Origin: an uncultured Pseudomonadales bacterium
GTDB taxonomy: Bacteria > Pseudomonadota > Gammaproteobacteria > Pseudomonadales > UBA7434
Length of the DNA: 64,000 nt
Direction of reading: 5' to 3'
Assembly: GCA_964504585.1 (NCBI GenBank)
Contig: CAZDEW010000004.1
Span: forward strand, 4,052 to 68,051
The notes under the pieces were generated by a model, which ran no database searches, was not told where the DNA came from, and saw nothing but the letters and a program-made list of their open reading frames with translations. A program made the translations under genes and the position numbers. Numbering within the stretch: the first letter of the stretch is position 1; each line of letters opens with the position of its first letter. Below, in pieces: positions 1 through 11,684 of this stretch.

Positions 1-96
1 AAACGGAAGGCCAACAAAAGAAGCGAGATGTCTGCCAATAGTGGTTTTGCCGGCCCCCATCGGACCAATGAGAAATATTTTTTCTTTTTTCTGCAA
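1..96 (-). CDS. aroK: shikimate kinase, 5' end only (gene continues off the left edge)
   Basis: Manual reverse-strand translation gives (L/M)[31 protein letters not shown], with Walker [10 protein letters not shown] in the AroK position. It lies directly downstream of pilQ, as in the conserved pilMNOPQ-aroK arrangement. The TTG start at 96 is a guess. Confidence 0.8.
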   Translation of the reverse strand, partial: MQKKEKIFLIGPMGAGKTTIGRHLASFVGLPF

Positions 97-208
97 TGTA
101 AACAGCCCTTGCTACCCGAGGGATAACCTCAAATTCACATCGACCGAAACGAGTGACGGCGCCACAATAATTTGCGGCGCCGCACCAGATTTCAGCAAGC
201 TTTGATCT

Positions 209-232
209 GCGCCGCACCGGCGCTTTTCTTTC
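209..232 (+). terminator. GC-rich hairpin GCGCCG-CAC-CGGCGC followed by TTTTCTTTC; terminator-like only on the + strand
   Basis: Read directly from the sequence. The stem is 209-223 and the T-run 224-232, abutting the pilQ stop. A second hairpin (CGGCGCC/GGCGCCG, 157-182) lies just upstream. Confidence 0.35.
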
Positions 233-2451
233 TAATCCAGTACTCTGTCAGACAGGATTCTGGGCGTTATAAAAATTAGCAGCTCAGTCTTGTCGTTGTC
301 GACACTCGTTCGCTTGAACAAGTGACCCAGTATCGGAATGTCACCAAGCAGTGGAACCTTGGTCTCCTGATACAGCTCCGACTCACGGAATACGCCACCC
401 AACACAATCGTTTTGCCATTGTCTACCAGCGCCTGAGTGGTGATTTCGTTTTTCAGAATAATTGGCACGCGCGAGTTATTCTCACCGAATACTTCGTCTT
501 CACTACGCGAATCCTGCTTGACGTTAAGATCCAGGATCAAACGGTTATCCGGCGTAATGCTGGGTGTTACCTTCAGGCTCAGCACTGCCTCTCTGAACTT
601 GATCGTCGACCTTCCGCTAGCAGAGCTTTCGACGAAAGGAATCTCTTCACCGGTTTTAATCTCAGCCTCTTGCTTATCGCCCGTGATTAAGCGCGGCTGC
701 GATACCACTTCGCCTCTACCTTCAGCGGCTAGCGCCGAGAGTTCAAGACCGAGAAAAGCGTTGTCAGACAGATAGCCGATGGCGAATGACTGCGGATTCT
801 CCGCGTCCGACAGACCAAGGTCTACGAAATTCGCATCCGGGAACTGAATGCTGCCGTTGCCATTTACAAAGTTAAATACGTCGGTACTTTCATCTAGATC
901 GGAGCCAACTTCACTGAGGAAGTTGTCCAGACTACCCGCGATACCAAAGCGATCACCAGTGCCCTGATCTGCGGTAGCACCACCCCAGGTAACACCAATC
1001 TGCTCATCGAAATTATCAGTTGCTATAACAATGCGCGCCTCAACAAGTACCTGCCGTAGCGGCACATCGATATTATTGATGAGATATTTAAACTCTTCGA
1101 TTTTTTCTGCTGTGTCGGTAATAACAATTGTGTTCGTTCGCTCATCAACGACAACTCGGCCTCGAGGACTCAAAATGCCGCCTGCACCTGCTGTATCGGC
1201 GGAGCTTTCACCGAGCTCATTCGCCTCTTCTTCACCTTGAAACAGGTTGAAGATATCGCCCGCACTTGCATAGCGGATGCGAATGAATTCAGTTTGCAAA
1301 GGAGCCAATTCTTCCAGCTGTTTGCGCGTCTCGATTTCCTGAAACTCACGCTCAGCGATCTCGACAGCAGGCGCAACCATCAATACATTGCCGACCTGAC
1401 GCTTGTCCAGTCCCTTGGTTTTCAGAATCAGATCCAGCGCCTGATCCCAGGGAACTTCCTGCAGTCGCAGGGTGATACTACCCTTGACCGAGTCACTGGT
1501 GACAAGGTTTAGTCCAGTGAAATCAGCAATCAGCTGCAGCACCGATCTAACCTTGATATCCTGGAAGTTCAGCGAGAGTTTTTCACCGGAGAACGCAAAC
1601 GCTCTGCGCTTCTCTTCTACCTCCTCCTGCGTCAGCGGTCTTACGCTCAGCACATAAGTCGTATCTGTCTGATAGGCCAGGTAATCGTATTCACCCTGAG
1701 GCTCAACCAAAATTTGGGTGTCTCGCCCTTTCTGCTTAACCTGGAAACGTTTTACGGGCGTTGCGAAATCAAGAACATCGTAGCTGCGCTCGAGCGCCTG
1801 AGCGGCATCGGTATCAGCAAACTCGACCAGTATGCTGCGGCCGTCGAGTCGGATATCGACATCTACTCTATCGTCCGAGAGGCCAAGAACAAGGTTACCC
1901 TCGCCTGATTCGCCACGCTGGAAGTCGACATTGGTAACTTGCAAACGCTCACTCTGGCCGCTCTTTGCCGCAGCTTCAGCGTAGTTTTCGTTCTCGGCAA
2001 CAAAGACGCTCTGAGCAGAGCTGCTGCCTAGATTCAGCGCAATGGAGTCGCCGTCAATATCAATATCGTAAGGTGACATTTCCAGCAAACTGATCACAAC
2101 GCGAGTTCTATCCTGCGCCTGCAACACAACGACGCTCTGAGCGTTGACGTGAGACAGGTTGTACTTTTTGCGCTCAAGGCCGCTGGTGACGCCAGGGAGG
2201 TCGATGGAAATACGCGCCGGCTTCTCAATGTTATAGGACGTTGGCTCTGGCGGCACGCCGTCAAAATCCATCTTGATTTGCAGCTCCCCACTCGGTGAAG
2301 AGATGAAATCAATTGACTTCATCTCCGTTGCAGTGGCACCCGCCGCAAGAAAAAATGCAAGAAAGGCGACAACAAAGCTCGCTCGCTGACTTACCATTTT
2401 AATCAAGTTTTTCATTGTGCTCGCCTTATCCAATTTCTCTGGTATTGACAT
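232..2451 (-). CDS. pilQ: type IV pilus secretin PilQ
   Basis: 739-aa ORF with an N-terminal signal/TM segment. It carries the C-terminal secretin block GGVFRESELYQETKVPLLGDIPILGHLFKRTSVDNDKTELLIFITPRIL. It is the last gene of a pilMNOPQ operon. Confidence 0.95.
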   Translation of the reverse strand: MSIPEKLDKASTMKNLIKMVSQRASFVVAFLAFFLAAGATATEMKSIDFISSPSGELQIKMDFDGVPPEPTSYNIEKPARISIDLPGVTSGLERKKYNLSHVNAQSVVVLQAQDRTRVVISLLEMSPYDIDIDGDSIALNLGSSSAQSVFVAENENYAEAAAKSGQSERLQVTNVDFQRGESGEGNLVLGLSDDRVDVDIRLDGRSILVEFADTDAAQALERSYDVLDFATPVKRFQVKQKGRDTQILVEPQGEYDYLAYQTDTTYVLSVRPLTQEEVEEKRRAFAFSGEKLSLNFQDIKVRSVLQLIADFTGLNLVTSDSVKGSITLRLQEVPWDQALDLILKTKGLDKRQVGNVLMVAPAVEIAEREFQEIETRKQLEELAPLQTEFIRIRYASAGDIFNLFQGEEEANELGESSADTAGAGGILSPRGRVVVDERTNTIVITDTAEKIEEFKYLINNIDVPLRQVLVEARIVIATDNFDEQIGVTWGGATADQGTGDRFGIAGSLDNFLSEVGSDLDESTDVFNFVNGNGSIQFPDANFVDLGLSDAENPQSFAIGYLSDNAFLGLELSALAAEGRGEVVSQPRLITGDKQEAEIKTGEEIPFVESSASGRSTIKFREAVLSLKVTPSITPDNRLILDLNVKQDSRSEDEVFGENNSRVPIILKNEITTQALVDNGKTIVLGGVFRESELYQETKVPLLGDIPILGHLFKRTSVDNDKTELLIFITPRILSDRVLD

Positions 2452-2501
2452 CTATAACGATTAACATAATGGGCCAACCGGCCGCCGATAAATAAAAAGT
2501 A

Positions 2502-3029
2502 CTATCCTTCCTTGAGGTTGAGCGTGCGCGGCCGCTCTACCCACGACTCATGGCCATTGGCTACAATTTCCACGAGAGAGATACTGTCGAGACCGATATC
2601 GACGATACGGCCGTGATTGCGCCCCATGTAGTTGCCCACCAAAACCTGATGGACAGAACCCGAGCCATCGTCGATCAAGGCCCAGCGCTGACCCTTTTGC
2701 TCGATTGTGCCAACCATGATCAAGGCCTCGAGGTTAAAGGACTCAAGCTGTTCAAGCGTGCGGTTCTCATCGGGTTTTACGTTGCTCGCCTTGTACAGGC
2801 TAGCAACCTGCCGAACCTGAACTGGAATGTCGAACGGTGCCCGTTTGGAGGCTGCGTTGTAGCGAAACGCCTTGTAGGGCTTAAATACAGGAATCGGATC
2901 AATCACGCCTCGAGGCTTACTCTTGGCATCCGCGATAAATCGATCTATGTCTGAATAATCGTTTCCGCCACAGCTCGCCAGCGACGCTGCAACCAGTAGA
3001 AACAAGGCTATTTTAGGTAATCGCAACAC
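2502..3029 (-). CDS. pilP: type IV pilus lipoprotein PilP
   Basis: Lipobox LFLLVAASLASC-GG, and position between pilO and pilQ. The track ORF starts at 3125 but would overlap pilO by 92 nt. I prefer the GTG at 3029, which is 4 nt after the pilO stop with GAGGG about 8 nt upstream. Confidence 0.85.
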   Translation of the reverse strand: MLRLPKIALFLLVAASLASCGGNDYSDIDRFIADAKSKPRGVIDPIPVFKPYKAFRYNAASKRAPFDIPVQVRQVASLYKASNVKPDENRTLEQLESFNLEALIMVGTIEQKGQRWALIDDGSGSVHQVLVGNYMGRNHGRIVDIGLDSISLVEIVANGHESWVERPRTLNLKEG

Positions 3030-3033
3030 TTTT

Positions 3034-3657
3034 CTAGCCCTCGTCTTTGTAGCGATAAGTTTTAGCAAGAATGCGCATTTCCATAAACCCTGGACGCTCT
3101 TCGACTGGGTTAATCTCGAAATCATGCAAGGTCACGATTCTGGGCAGGCCGGATATACCACTGACGAATGCGCCAAGATCGTGGTAGGTTCCGCTAACCA
3201 GTATGTCTATTGGCAATTCAATATAGAATTCCTGCACAATCTCGGGCTGCAGCTCGACGCTGTTAAATTCAAGTCCGTTAGCGACTCCGATAGCCGAAAT
3301 ATCTTCAAGCAGACCAGGCACCTGAGTGTCACTTGGAAGCTGGCTGACAAGGGCGCCAAACATCTGCTGCATCTCCTGCATTTGATCACGCAGAGCATCG
3401 AGGTTGGCTGCTTCAAACGCTTTGCGCTCGTATTCTTCACGCAGCGACTGTTCCTGTTTATCGGCAACCGACAGTTTGCCCAGCTGGTTATTGACCAGAA
3501 AGTAATAGCCGGCACCACAGATCACGAGAAAGGCTGCCACCAGAATCACGACCTTAACCAGTCCCGGCCAGGTACCCGGCTCTTCCCAGTCAAGCTGATC
3601 TAACTCAATAGCAGATGCTGTTTCGCGCCAGTTTTGAATAGTTTCGCTTATCGACAT
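3034..3657 (-). CDS. pilO: type IV pilus alignment protein PilO
   Basis: 207 aa with one N-terminal TM segment (LVKVVILVAAFLVICGAGYYFLV) followed by a coiled-coil region. Gene order supports the call. Confidence 0.9.
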   Translation of the reverse strand: MSISETIQNWRETASAIELDQLDWEEPGTWPGLVKVVILVAAFLVICGAGYYFLVNNQLGKLSVADKQEQSLREEYERKAFEAANLDALRDQMQEMQQMFGALVSQLPSDTQVPGLLEDISAIGVANGLEFNSVELQPEIVQEFYIELPIDILVSGTYHDLGAFVSGISGLPRIVTLHDFEINPVEERPGFMEMRILAKTYRYKDEG

Positions 3658-3669
3658 GCCCTAATCACC

Positions 3670-4232
3670 TCACTCCTGAATCGCTTCTTGATCGGGCGTT
3701 TGCAAAGAAACTGACAGGTTAAAGTTGTTAGCCTGCTCGCCATACGATGGATTGGATACAACAGCCGTTAGATTGGGATCAATGAACCAGTCCGAGGAAT
3801 CGAGCCTGCGCATCAGACTGGATACCCGGTTGTTGGATTCGGCGGTCCCCTCGATTTGAATATTATTGCCCGTGCGACTCAGCTTGGTGTAGTAAACACC
3901 ATCCGGCAGGGTTTCAACGAATTGGTCGAAGATGCGCACGATAACCGGACGATTCCCCTGCAGGCCCTGAATAATCTCCATTCGATCCAGCAGTTGCTCG
4001 CGGCTGTTTTTCAGATCTGCGATCTCAGCGACCTCTACATCCAGCTTGCCAATATGCTCTTTGATGTAGGCGTTGCGGCCTTCCTGCTGAGTAACCTGCG
4101 TACCAAGCTGGTAGTACCATAGACCTATCAAGCCTGCAGCAACGATCGAGACCACAGCAAAGTTTGTAATAAACTCGCGTTTAAGTTGTTCGCGGCGCTC
4201 TTCACGCCAGGGCAGAAGATTTATCTTGGCCA

Positions 4233-4233
<1 letters not shown>
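3670..4233 (-). CDS. pilN: type IV pilus alignment protein PilN
   Basis: 187 aa starting MAKINLLPWREERRE, the conserved PilM-binding N-terminus, then one TM segment. The start overlaps the pilM stop by 1 nt (TAATG). Confidence 0.9.
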
Positions 4234-5294
<1,061 letters not shown>

Positions 5295-5755
5295 TCAAGC
5301 TCCCCAAACTCTGCAACCGGAAAAAACAATCTCTGGAGTTGGCACATTTGTTAAGACAATGAACGCGTGGTTATTGTCGACTTTACCTAACCGCACTTCT
5401 GGACGGAGCTTGCGCCAATTGCAAATCGCCAACTGACAAAAAACACTCAATCGCTAAGCGGGCATAACCACCCAGTATCAAATCCACACACAAAACTTGT
5501 CGCGAATTGCTCTGCATTTGTGCAATACGCGCAGATTTCATGCATCCCAATGTGATCGTCAAAAACTCTCAATAGGATTTCGCTATCACTAACGATGCAC
5601 ACCTACACGCATGAATCTATTGAGGATTTTCAATTATAGGCATAAGCGTAGACCATAAACGTGAGCTTATACAAAATTACCTATTTTCCGATCAATGATT
5701 TCGATATCCTTCGACAACAATCAAACGCAGCTCACAAAGTCTCCAAAACCCCGTC

Positions 5756-8299
5756 ATGATTCGTCTGTTAAAGATGCTAGTAGTCTTAGGCTTATTAGCA
5801 GGCTCATCCGCTCTGATCGTTATTTGCGCGGCGGTACTCTATCTCAATCCGCAATTACCCTCCGTCGAGCTGCTCCGCGAATCCAATCTCAATATCCCGC
5901 TCAGGGTTTACTCGCGCAACGGGACGCTGATCGGTGAATATGGAGAAAAGTTTAGAACGCCGGTCAAACGCGAAGATCTTCCCCAGCAATTCGTGCAGGC
6001 ACTGCTCTCTGCTGAAGACGACCGTTTTATGCAGCATCGAGGCGTTGATATCACCGGCCTGATCAGAGCGGCCGTGGAACTGGTTACCAGCGGAAGCATT
6101 CAGACGGGTGGCAGCACGATCACAATGCAAGTCGCGCGCAACTACTTTTTGACGAGCGAGCAGACATTCATTCGCAAGTTCAGGGAAATCTTGCTAGCCC
6201 TGAAAATTGAGCGGCTGCTCAATAAGGGTGAGATTCTTGAGCTCTACGTCAATAAGATCTATCTGGGCAAAAGAGCCTACGGTGTGCAGGCCGCGGCGGC
6301 CATTTACTATGGGCAGTCAGTCCAGCAACTTAACCTCGCACAGCTTGCAATGATTGCAGGCTTACCCAAAGCACCCTCTGCATTTAATCCCATCAACCGG
6401 CCCGCACGCGCGCTTGAGCGGCGCAACTGGATCCTGGGCAGAATGCTCAAATTGGGTTACATCGATCAGGCAGTGTATGAGGAATTTGTCTCCCACCCCA
6501 TCACCGCGAAGTACCACGGCCCCAAGTTACAGCTGGATGCAGGCTACCCCGCTGAGATGGCAAGGCGATTCGCAGTCGACCGCTATGGCGACAAAGCTTA
6601 TACGGATGGACTTAAAGTCTTTACTACGATAGACGATGATGCGCAGATAGCCGCTGACAGTGCAGTGCGCAAAGGTCTAACCGACTATACCGCGAGGCAC
6701 GGCTATCGCGGTCCTGAACTCCAGCTCGGCACACTGGAAAAAGCAGAACAGGTAAAATCGCTAGCGGATTTGCGAATCCACGGTGACCTGATACCCGCTC
6801 TTATTGATCATATCCAGCTGTCGGGCGACGGCGAGCAGGAAGAGGGGTCGAGTGGCTATGAGCTCCACCTGTCAACCGCAAAGGATGAACAGATAACTCT
6901 GCAGTGGCCGCGCGGTAAAGATCTGGATGTTAGACCTTTCCTCGACGAAAACAGGCGCGGAAAACCGGTTATTGATCCGCGCAAGATTCTCACGGAAGGC
7001 GACGTCATCCGCATTCGGGAAACAGAACAAGGCCAATATGAACTCGCGCAACTGCCCATAGCTAGCGCCAGCCTGGTCGCACTCGCCCCAAAGGACGGCT
7101 CTATTCGCGCGATTACTGGGGGCTTCGACCACAAGCAAAGTCAATTTAACCGAGCACTGCAAGCCTATAGACAACCTGGCTCTAATTTTAAGCCGTTCAT
7201 ATACGCCGCTGCATTCGAAAATGGCTTCACCGCCGCGAGTATCATCAATGACGCACCAATCATCTTCGATGACGACAATCTTGAGAGCAGCTGGCGACCA
7301 GAAAACTCGAGCGGCAATTTTTATGGCCCAACAACACTGCGTCGAGCACTGTTCCTCTCTCGCAACCTGGTTTCGGTACGCCTACTCCGCGAGCTTGGCA
7401 TTGATAAGGCCATTAGCTATCTCAACCAGTTCGATCTGGGCGGAGGTCGACTGCCCCGCGACCTCTCGCTGGCACTCGGTAGCCATGCCCTGACGCCTCT
7501 TGAAGTTGCCTCGCTTTATGCGGTGATTGCCAATGGGGGCTTTCACGTTGAGCCCTACCTCATCGCAGAAGTCAGAAATAGAAAAAACGAACTCATCTAT
7601 GCGGCGCAGCCGACCATTGCTTGCGAAGACTGCATCGATGACAGCGACCTGCTGTCTGCCGAGCACAGTGAGGGAGCGCAAGCCACAGATCTGGCATCTG
7701 CCAATGAACAGGCGATGCTAGAGGCGAGTGATCTGGAGGAAATTCTAAATGCCGGCGAGCTCGAACAGGAAACGGAAGCAGTGGTAGCGCCAAGGCCAAG
7801 GCTTGCCAAACGCGTTATGCAGGCGGAAGTCGCTTATATTGTCGACGACATTCTGCGGGACGTTATCGCTAGAGGTACAGGCACCAAGGCGCAGGTGCTG
7901 AAAAGAGACGATATCGCCGGTAAAACGGGTACCACTAATGGACCTACCGACGCCTGGTTTTCAGGGTATCACCCCGAACTTGTCGCTACGAGCTGGCTGG
8001 GCTTTGACAACAATGAAAAATTGGGTCGGCGGGAGTTTGGAGGAACGGCTGCACTGCCCATATGGATTGACTTCATGCAATCGGAGCTGCCCAAACTCGC
8101 CTACGCCAGGCGCACGCAACCATCGGGAATCGTGGCAATACGCATTGACCGCGAGACAGGCATGGTCGCGAGCTCGTCGACCACCAACTCAGCGTTTGAG
8201 TACTTTCTGAAAGATCTTGCTCCTGAAGAAAATTCAACGTCTGGTTTCGACGGGCACTCACGCGCGGCGATAGATGCGCTCGACGAAGATCTTTTCTAG
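5756..8299 (+). CDS. mrcA: penicillin-binding protein 1A (bifunctional glycosyltransferase/transpeptidase)
   Basis: 847 aa with an N-terminal TM anchor. GT51 motifs are SAEDDRFMQHRGVD and GGSTITMQVARN. Transpeptidase motifs are SNFK (SxxK) and KTGTTN. It is divergent from pilM, as in pseudomonads. Confidence 0.95.
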   Translation: MIRLLKMLVVLGLLAGSSALIVICAAVLYLNPQLPSVELLRESNLNIPLRVYSRNGTLIGEYGEKFRTPVKREDLPQQFVQALLSAEDDRFMQHRGVDITGLIRAAVELVTSGSIQTGGSTITMQVARNYFLTSEQTFIRKFREILLALKIERLLNKGEILELYVNKIYLGKRAYGVQAAAAIYYGQSVQQLNLAQLAMIAGLPKAPSAFNPINRPARALERRNWILGRMLKLGYIDQAVYEEFVSHPITAKYHGPKLQLDAGYPAEMARRFAVDRYGDKAYTDGLKVFTTIDDDAQIAADSAVRKGLTDYTARHGYRGPELQLGTLEKAEQVKSLADLRIHGDLIPALIDHIQLSGDGEQEEGSSGYELHLSTAKDEQITLQWPRGKDLDVRPFLDENRRGKPVIDPRKILTEGDVIRIRETEQGQYELAQLPIASASLVALAPKDGSIRAITGGFDHKQSQFNRALQAYRQPGSNFKPFIYAAAFENGFTAASIINDAPIIFDDDNLESSWRPENSSGNFYGPTTLRRALFLSRNLVSVRLLRELGIDKAISYLNQFDLGGGRLPRDLSLALGSHALTPLEVASLYAVIANGGFHVEPYLIAEVRNRKNELIYAAQPTIACEDCIDDSDLLSAEHSEGAQATDLASANEQAMLEASDLEEILNAGELEQETEAVVAPRPRLAKRVMQAEVAYIVDDILRDVIARGTGTKAQVLKRDDIAGKTGTTNGPTDAWFSGYHPELVATSWLGFDNNEKLGRREFGGTAALPIWIDFMQSELPKLAYARRTQPSGIVAIRIDRETGMVASSSTTNSAFEYFLKDLAPEENSTSGFDGHSRAAIDALDEDLF

Positions 8300-8514
8300 A
8301 AGCGAGGATCGGCTGTCTCAACGCCAGCCCTGTAGCGGGGCTCAGATAAAAAGCAAGAGAGTCAGGAAGGCGGGAAATCTTTCTGGCTGGCGGGGCGCCA
8401 ATGCATTTTTTCTTGGAGCGCTAGATGCCACCCGCAGGCAGACGAGAAGTGATGCCACTCCCCGCCTGGTGAATCAAGTAGATTGAAAAAGGAATACTGG
8501 GAGCGATCGGACGA

Positions 8515-8739
8515 TTAGGCCTGATCGCGCTTGGTGCTGCGGCTGCCAAAGCGTTTCTTGAAGCGATCGACTCGGCCACCCGTATCCAGAACCTTTTGCT
8601 TACCGGTATAGAAGGGATGGCAGTTTGAGCAAACGTCAATCAGGAAGTCTTTGCCAAGAGTCGACCGGGTTTTGTAGGTTGCGCCGCAGCTGCAGGTCGC
8701 TGTGACCTCTTCGTATTTAGGATGGATGTCTGCCTTCAC
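8515..8739 (-). CDS. rpmE: 50S ribosomal protein L31 (Zn-ribbon form)
   Basis: 74 aa: [29 protein letters not shown]. Confidence 0.97.
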   Translation of the reverse strand: MKADIHPKYEEVTATCSCGATYKTRSTLGKDFLIDVCSNCHPFYTGKQKVLDTGGRVDRFKKRFGSRSTKRDQA

Positions 8740-9241
8740 TTTTCGGCACCTCTTTAAAAAACGATCGTTAACTGTTTACGTGCGTTGGCTTGACAACATT
8801 GGGTTACAAAACTGACTTACCAACATAGGCCCCACTAACGTTGCCACACTGGCTACAAGCACTAGGATTGGCTAGTGGACCAAAAAACGGTCGGCGAGTT
8901 TACCAGAAGCCCTACGTTTGGCAAGCTTCTTACGCTAGGGGTTTTTAACGCCGCCTGCGAGGCTCTACCACCACTGAACTTGGGGCCGCGTTGATGGTAG
9001 GCTCCAACAGACCGGCAAAGCGTTTATCTTTTTGACAGACAAGTGCTCCGGGCTCTAGCGATCGTCTAAATCATTGTTTTAAATAGGGTTACAGTCTTCC
9101 CTGTGTTGGCGAGGCATTCGCTAGTAGCGCCGCAAAGCGCTATGAGCGGTACGGCTACGCGCCTATTTGTTGGAGCGCCAAGCACGCCTTAGCACGCCGC
9201 CAAGCAGCTTAACCTATTGATATTAATCACAAATTAAGATT

Positions 9242-11482
9242 TTGAACTATCTCAAAGCAGCGATCGATGCCCCTTTAAGGCGCACTTTTGATTACTTGCC
9301 CGCTGAAGGCCTCTCGGTGAGCGACTACCCGGTGGGCAGTCGGGTGCTGGTTCCCTTTGGAAAAAGAGAAGTTATCGGAATCATCGTCGACTGGACAGCA
9401 AGCAGCTCCGTCGACGCCTCGATGCTCAAGCGTGCTGGCGCGCCAACTGACGATCTGCCCCTACTCGACGATGAGCTTTTGCGCTTCATGTCATGGGTCA
9501 GCAATTATTACCATCACCCACTTGGCAACACAATTTTCACGCTCCTGCCGAGCTACTTTTGCAAAGTCGCTGATGCAGAGCCCTACCTCGAGCAGGCCGC
9601 AGCGATTTCGATCAAAGGCAAAGGTCTACCCGAAGGTGCCCTCAATAACGCGCCCAAACAACAGAAGCTGCTCAACACCCTGCGTGAGGCTAGCGGGGCC
9701 ATCAGTTTCAGCGCGCTCAAAACGGCAGGTTTTAGTCGCGCTCTGATCAAGTCGCTGCATGAGAAATCGCTGATAGAAACCAAAGTCATTAGCGTTACTC
9801 CAAAGAACTGTAAAAGCTTACACCGTGGAAGCGCTGCAACTCCTGCATTAACTCTGTCGGGAGAGCAGTCAATAGCGCTCGAAACCTGTCTCGGTCGAGA
9901 AGATAAAGGGTTTGGTGCGACACTTCTCGACGGCATTACCGGCAGCGGCAAAACCGAGATCTACCTGCAAGCCGCCGCCAACATGCTGGCGCAGTCAAAA
10001 CAAATTCTCGTGCTTGTACCCGAAATATCACTGACCCCTCAAACACTGCGCCGCTTTACCGAGCGTTTTGATTGCCTCATCGCAGTCATGCACTCTGGTT
10101 TGAATGACCGAGAGCGGGCAGCAGCCTGGCACGCAATGAAACGCGGCGAAGCCTCCATTCTGCTCGGTACTCGATCCGCGATCGCAGTGCCCATGGCTAA
10201 TCCAGGCTTAATCGTAGTCGATGAAGAGCATGACCTGTCATATAAGCAGCAGGACAGCCTGCGCTATTCGGCACGCGATCTTGCAGTTGCCAGAGCACAG
10301 CAACTGCAAATCCCCGTGATTCTGGGCTCGGCCACCCCATCGCTTGAGAGCCGGTTCAACGCTGCCACAGGTAAATATCAGCGCGTTCTGCTGACGCAAA
10401 AAACCGGCAAAGCCACTGCCTCTCAGCTCACATTAATCGATGCCAGAAAAAAGGCGCTGACAGCTGGATTTACTGACGATGCGATCAGCGCGCTGCAAAA
10501 TACCATTAGCAGAGAAAAGCAGGCCCTGGTTTTCATTAACCGGCGCGGCTTTGCCCCACAAATACTTTGCCACGACTGCGGCTGGTCCTGCCGCTGCACC
10601 AGCTGTGATGCGAGCATGACATACCACAAGCTGGCAAGAGAGCTGCGCTGCCATCACTGCGACGCCAGATCGGCGCTCCCTGCGACATGTCCGAGCTGTC
10701 AGTCAAAAAACCTGCGCGCCGTCGGCGAAGGTACCCAGCGTTGCGAGGAAGCATTAAAAACGCTGTTCGGTGATGATGTTGTGCTACGTGTAGATCGCGA
10801 CTCAATGAGCAATACAGGCGCTCTGACCCAGACGCTGGAAAGCGTTCAGCGTGGCCGCCCCTGTATCTTGATTGGCACTCAGATGCTCGCCAAAGGTCAC
10901 CACTTCCCGGCACTTGAAACAGTCGTTATGCTGAATGTCGATCAGGGCCTTTACGGCGCCGATTTCCGCGATATTGAGCGAACATTGCAACTGCTCACAC
11001 AGGTCGCGGGCCGCGCAGGTCGTGAATCTGACAGTGGCCAGGTTCTAGTGCAAACCCATATGCCGGATCACCCGGTACTGCAGGCATGGAGAACACAAAG
11101 CTACTACGATACCGGTGCCCTCATACTCGATGAGCGCAGGGTTCGCCAACTGCCACCGTTCTATCACCTCGCCACATTCGGAGCAGACAGTCCGAAGGCG
11201 CAGGCCGCGCAGGCTTTTCTGAAGCAGGTCGCTCAGATTCTGGGAAAACATGCTTACAGGGAGAAGGCAGCAGACAACCAGCCGAAGGTGAAAATTATTG
11301 GGCCCTTCTCAGCGCTGATGGAGAAACTTGCGGGGCGACACCGCGCGGCATTGCTGGTAAAAGCAGAGAAACGAGGCGACCTGCATGACATACTATCCGC
11401 CAGCCTTCCAGAGATCGAACAGATACCAAAAAAACAGGGATTGCGCTGGCACGTGGATATTGATCCACAAATCATGCTTTGA
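9242..11482 (+). CDS. priA: primosomal replication protein N' (PriA helicase)
   Basis: 746 aa with Walker A GITGSGKTEIY, a DEEH box (VVDEEHD) and Cys-rich zinc motifs (CHDCGWSCRCTSCDA..CHHCD..CPSC). The start is TTG. Confidence 0.95.
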   Translation: MNYLKAAIDAPLRRTFDYLPAEGLSVSDYPVGSRVLVPFGKREVIGIIVDWTASSSVDASMLKRAGAPTDDLPLLDDELLRFMSWVSNYYHHPLGNTIFTLLPSYFCKVADAEPYLEQAAAISIKGKGLPEGALNNAPKQQKLLNTLREASGAISFSALKTAGFSRALIKSLHEKSLIETKVISVTPKNCKSLHRGSAATPALTLSGEQSIALETCLGREDKGFGATLLDGITGSGKTEIYLQAAANMLAQSKQILVLVPEISLTPQTLRRFTERFDCLIAVMHSGLNDRERAAAWHAMKRGEASILLGTRSAIAVPMANPGLIVVDEEHDLSYKQQDSLRYSARDLAVARAQQLQIPVILGSATPSLESRFNAATGKYQRVLLTQKTGKATASQLTLIDARKKALTAGFTDDAISALQNTISREKQALVFINRRGFAPQILCHDCGWSCRCTSCDASMTYHKLARELRCHHCDARSALPATCPSCQSKNLRAVGEGTQRCEEALKTLFGDDVVLRVDRDSMSNTGALTQTLESVQRGRPCILIGTQMLAKGHHFPALETVVMLNVDQGLYGADFRDIERTLQLLTQVAGRAGRESDSGQVLVQTHMPDHPVLQAWRTQSYYDTGALILDERRVRQLPPFYHLATFGADSPKAQAAQAFLKQVAQILGKHAYREKAADNQPKVKIIGPFSALMEKLAGRHRAALLVKAEKRGDLHDILSASLPEIEQIPKKQGLRWHVDIDPQIML

Positions 11483-11684
11483 TCTTCCCGTCATGCTGCG
11501 GTGCTAGGCAAAAAAATTCCCAGAACCGCACTGTACCTCCACTGCGCGATTAGGAATAATTCACGGCTGGATAATCGTCACAGGCAGCCGTCATACTACA
11601 GCGCCTATGGCGTGCTTTGCTTTTCCGCGTTCGACAGGCATCAAGCCTGCGATTGACTGCCACAGGGCGCAAAACGAATTCACC

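Noticed and set aside
5340-5354. Sigma-54-like element TGGCAC-N5-TTAA in the pilM/mrcA divergent region
   Set aside because: The -12 element lacks the conserved GC (TTGC). The site points toward mrcA, 400 nt away, which is not a known RpoN target.
7619-7810. Acidic low-complexity insertion (CEDCIDDSDLLSAEHSEG...ELEQETEAVVAPRP) inside the PBP1A transpeptidase region
   Set aside because: Class A PBPs commonly carry variable surface loops or linkers at this position. The catalytic motifs on both sides are intact, and there is no evidence of a separate domain or mobile insertion.
11607-11684. N-terminal extensions in the ORF track (argS here; also 18152-18187 ubiB, 31720-31770 CTase-PepM, 55331-55360 ilvD, 44615-44635 ilvE, 3030-3125 pilP, 53589-53636 methyltransferase, 37216-37326 TagF-like 2)
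   Set aside because: The extensions are non-conserved-looking, overlap the upstream gene, or lack a ribosome-binding site. Internal ATG or GTG codons give N-termini that match the family norm. These are reported as adjusted starts rather than as features.
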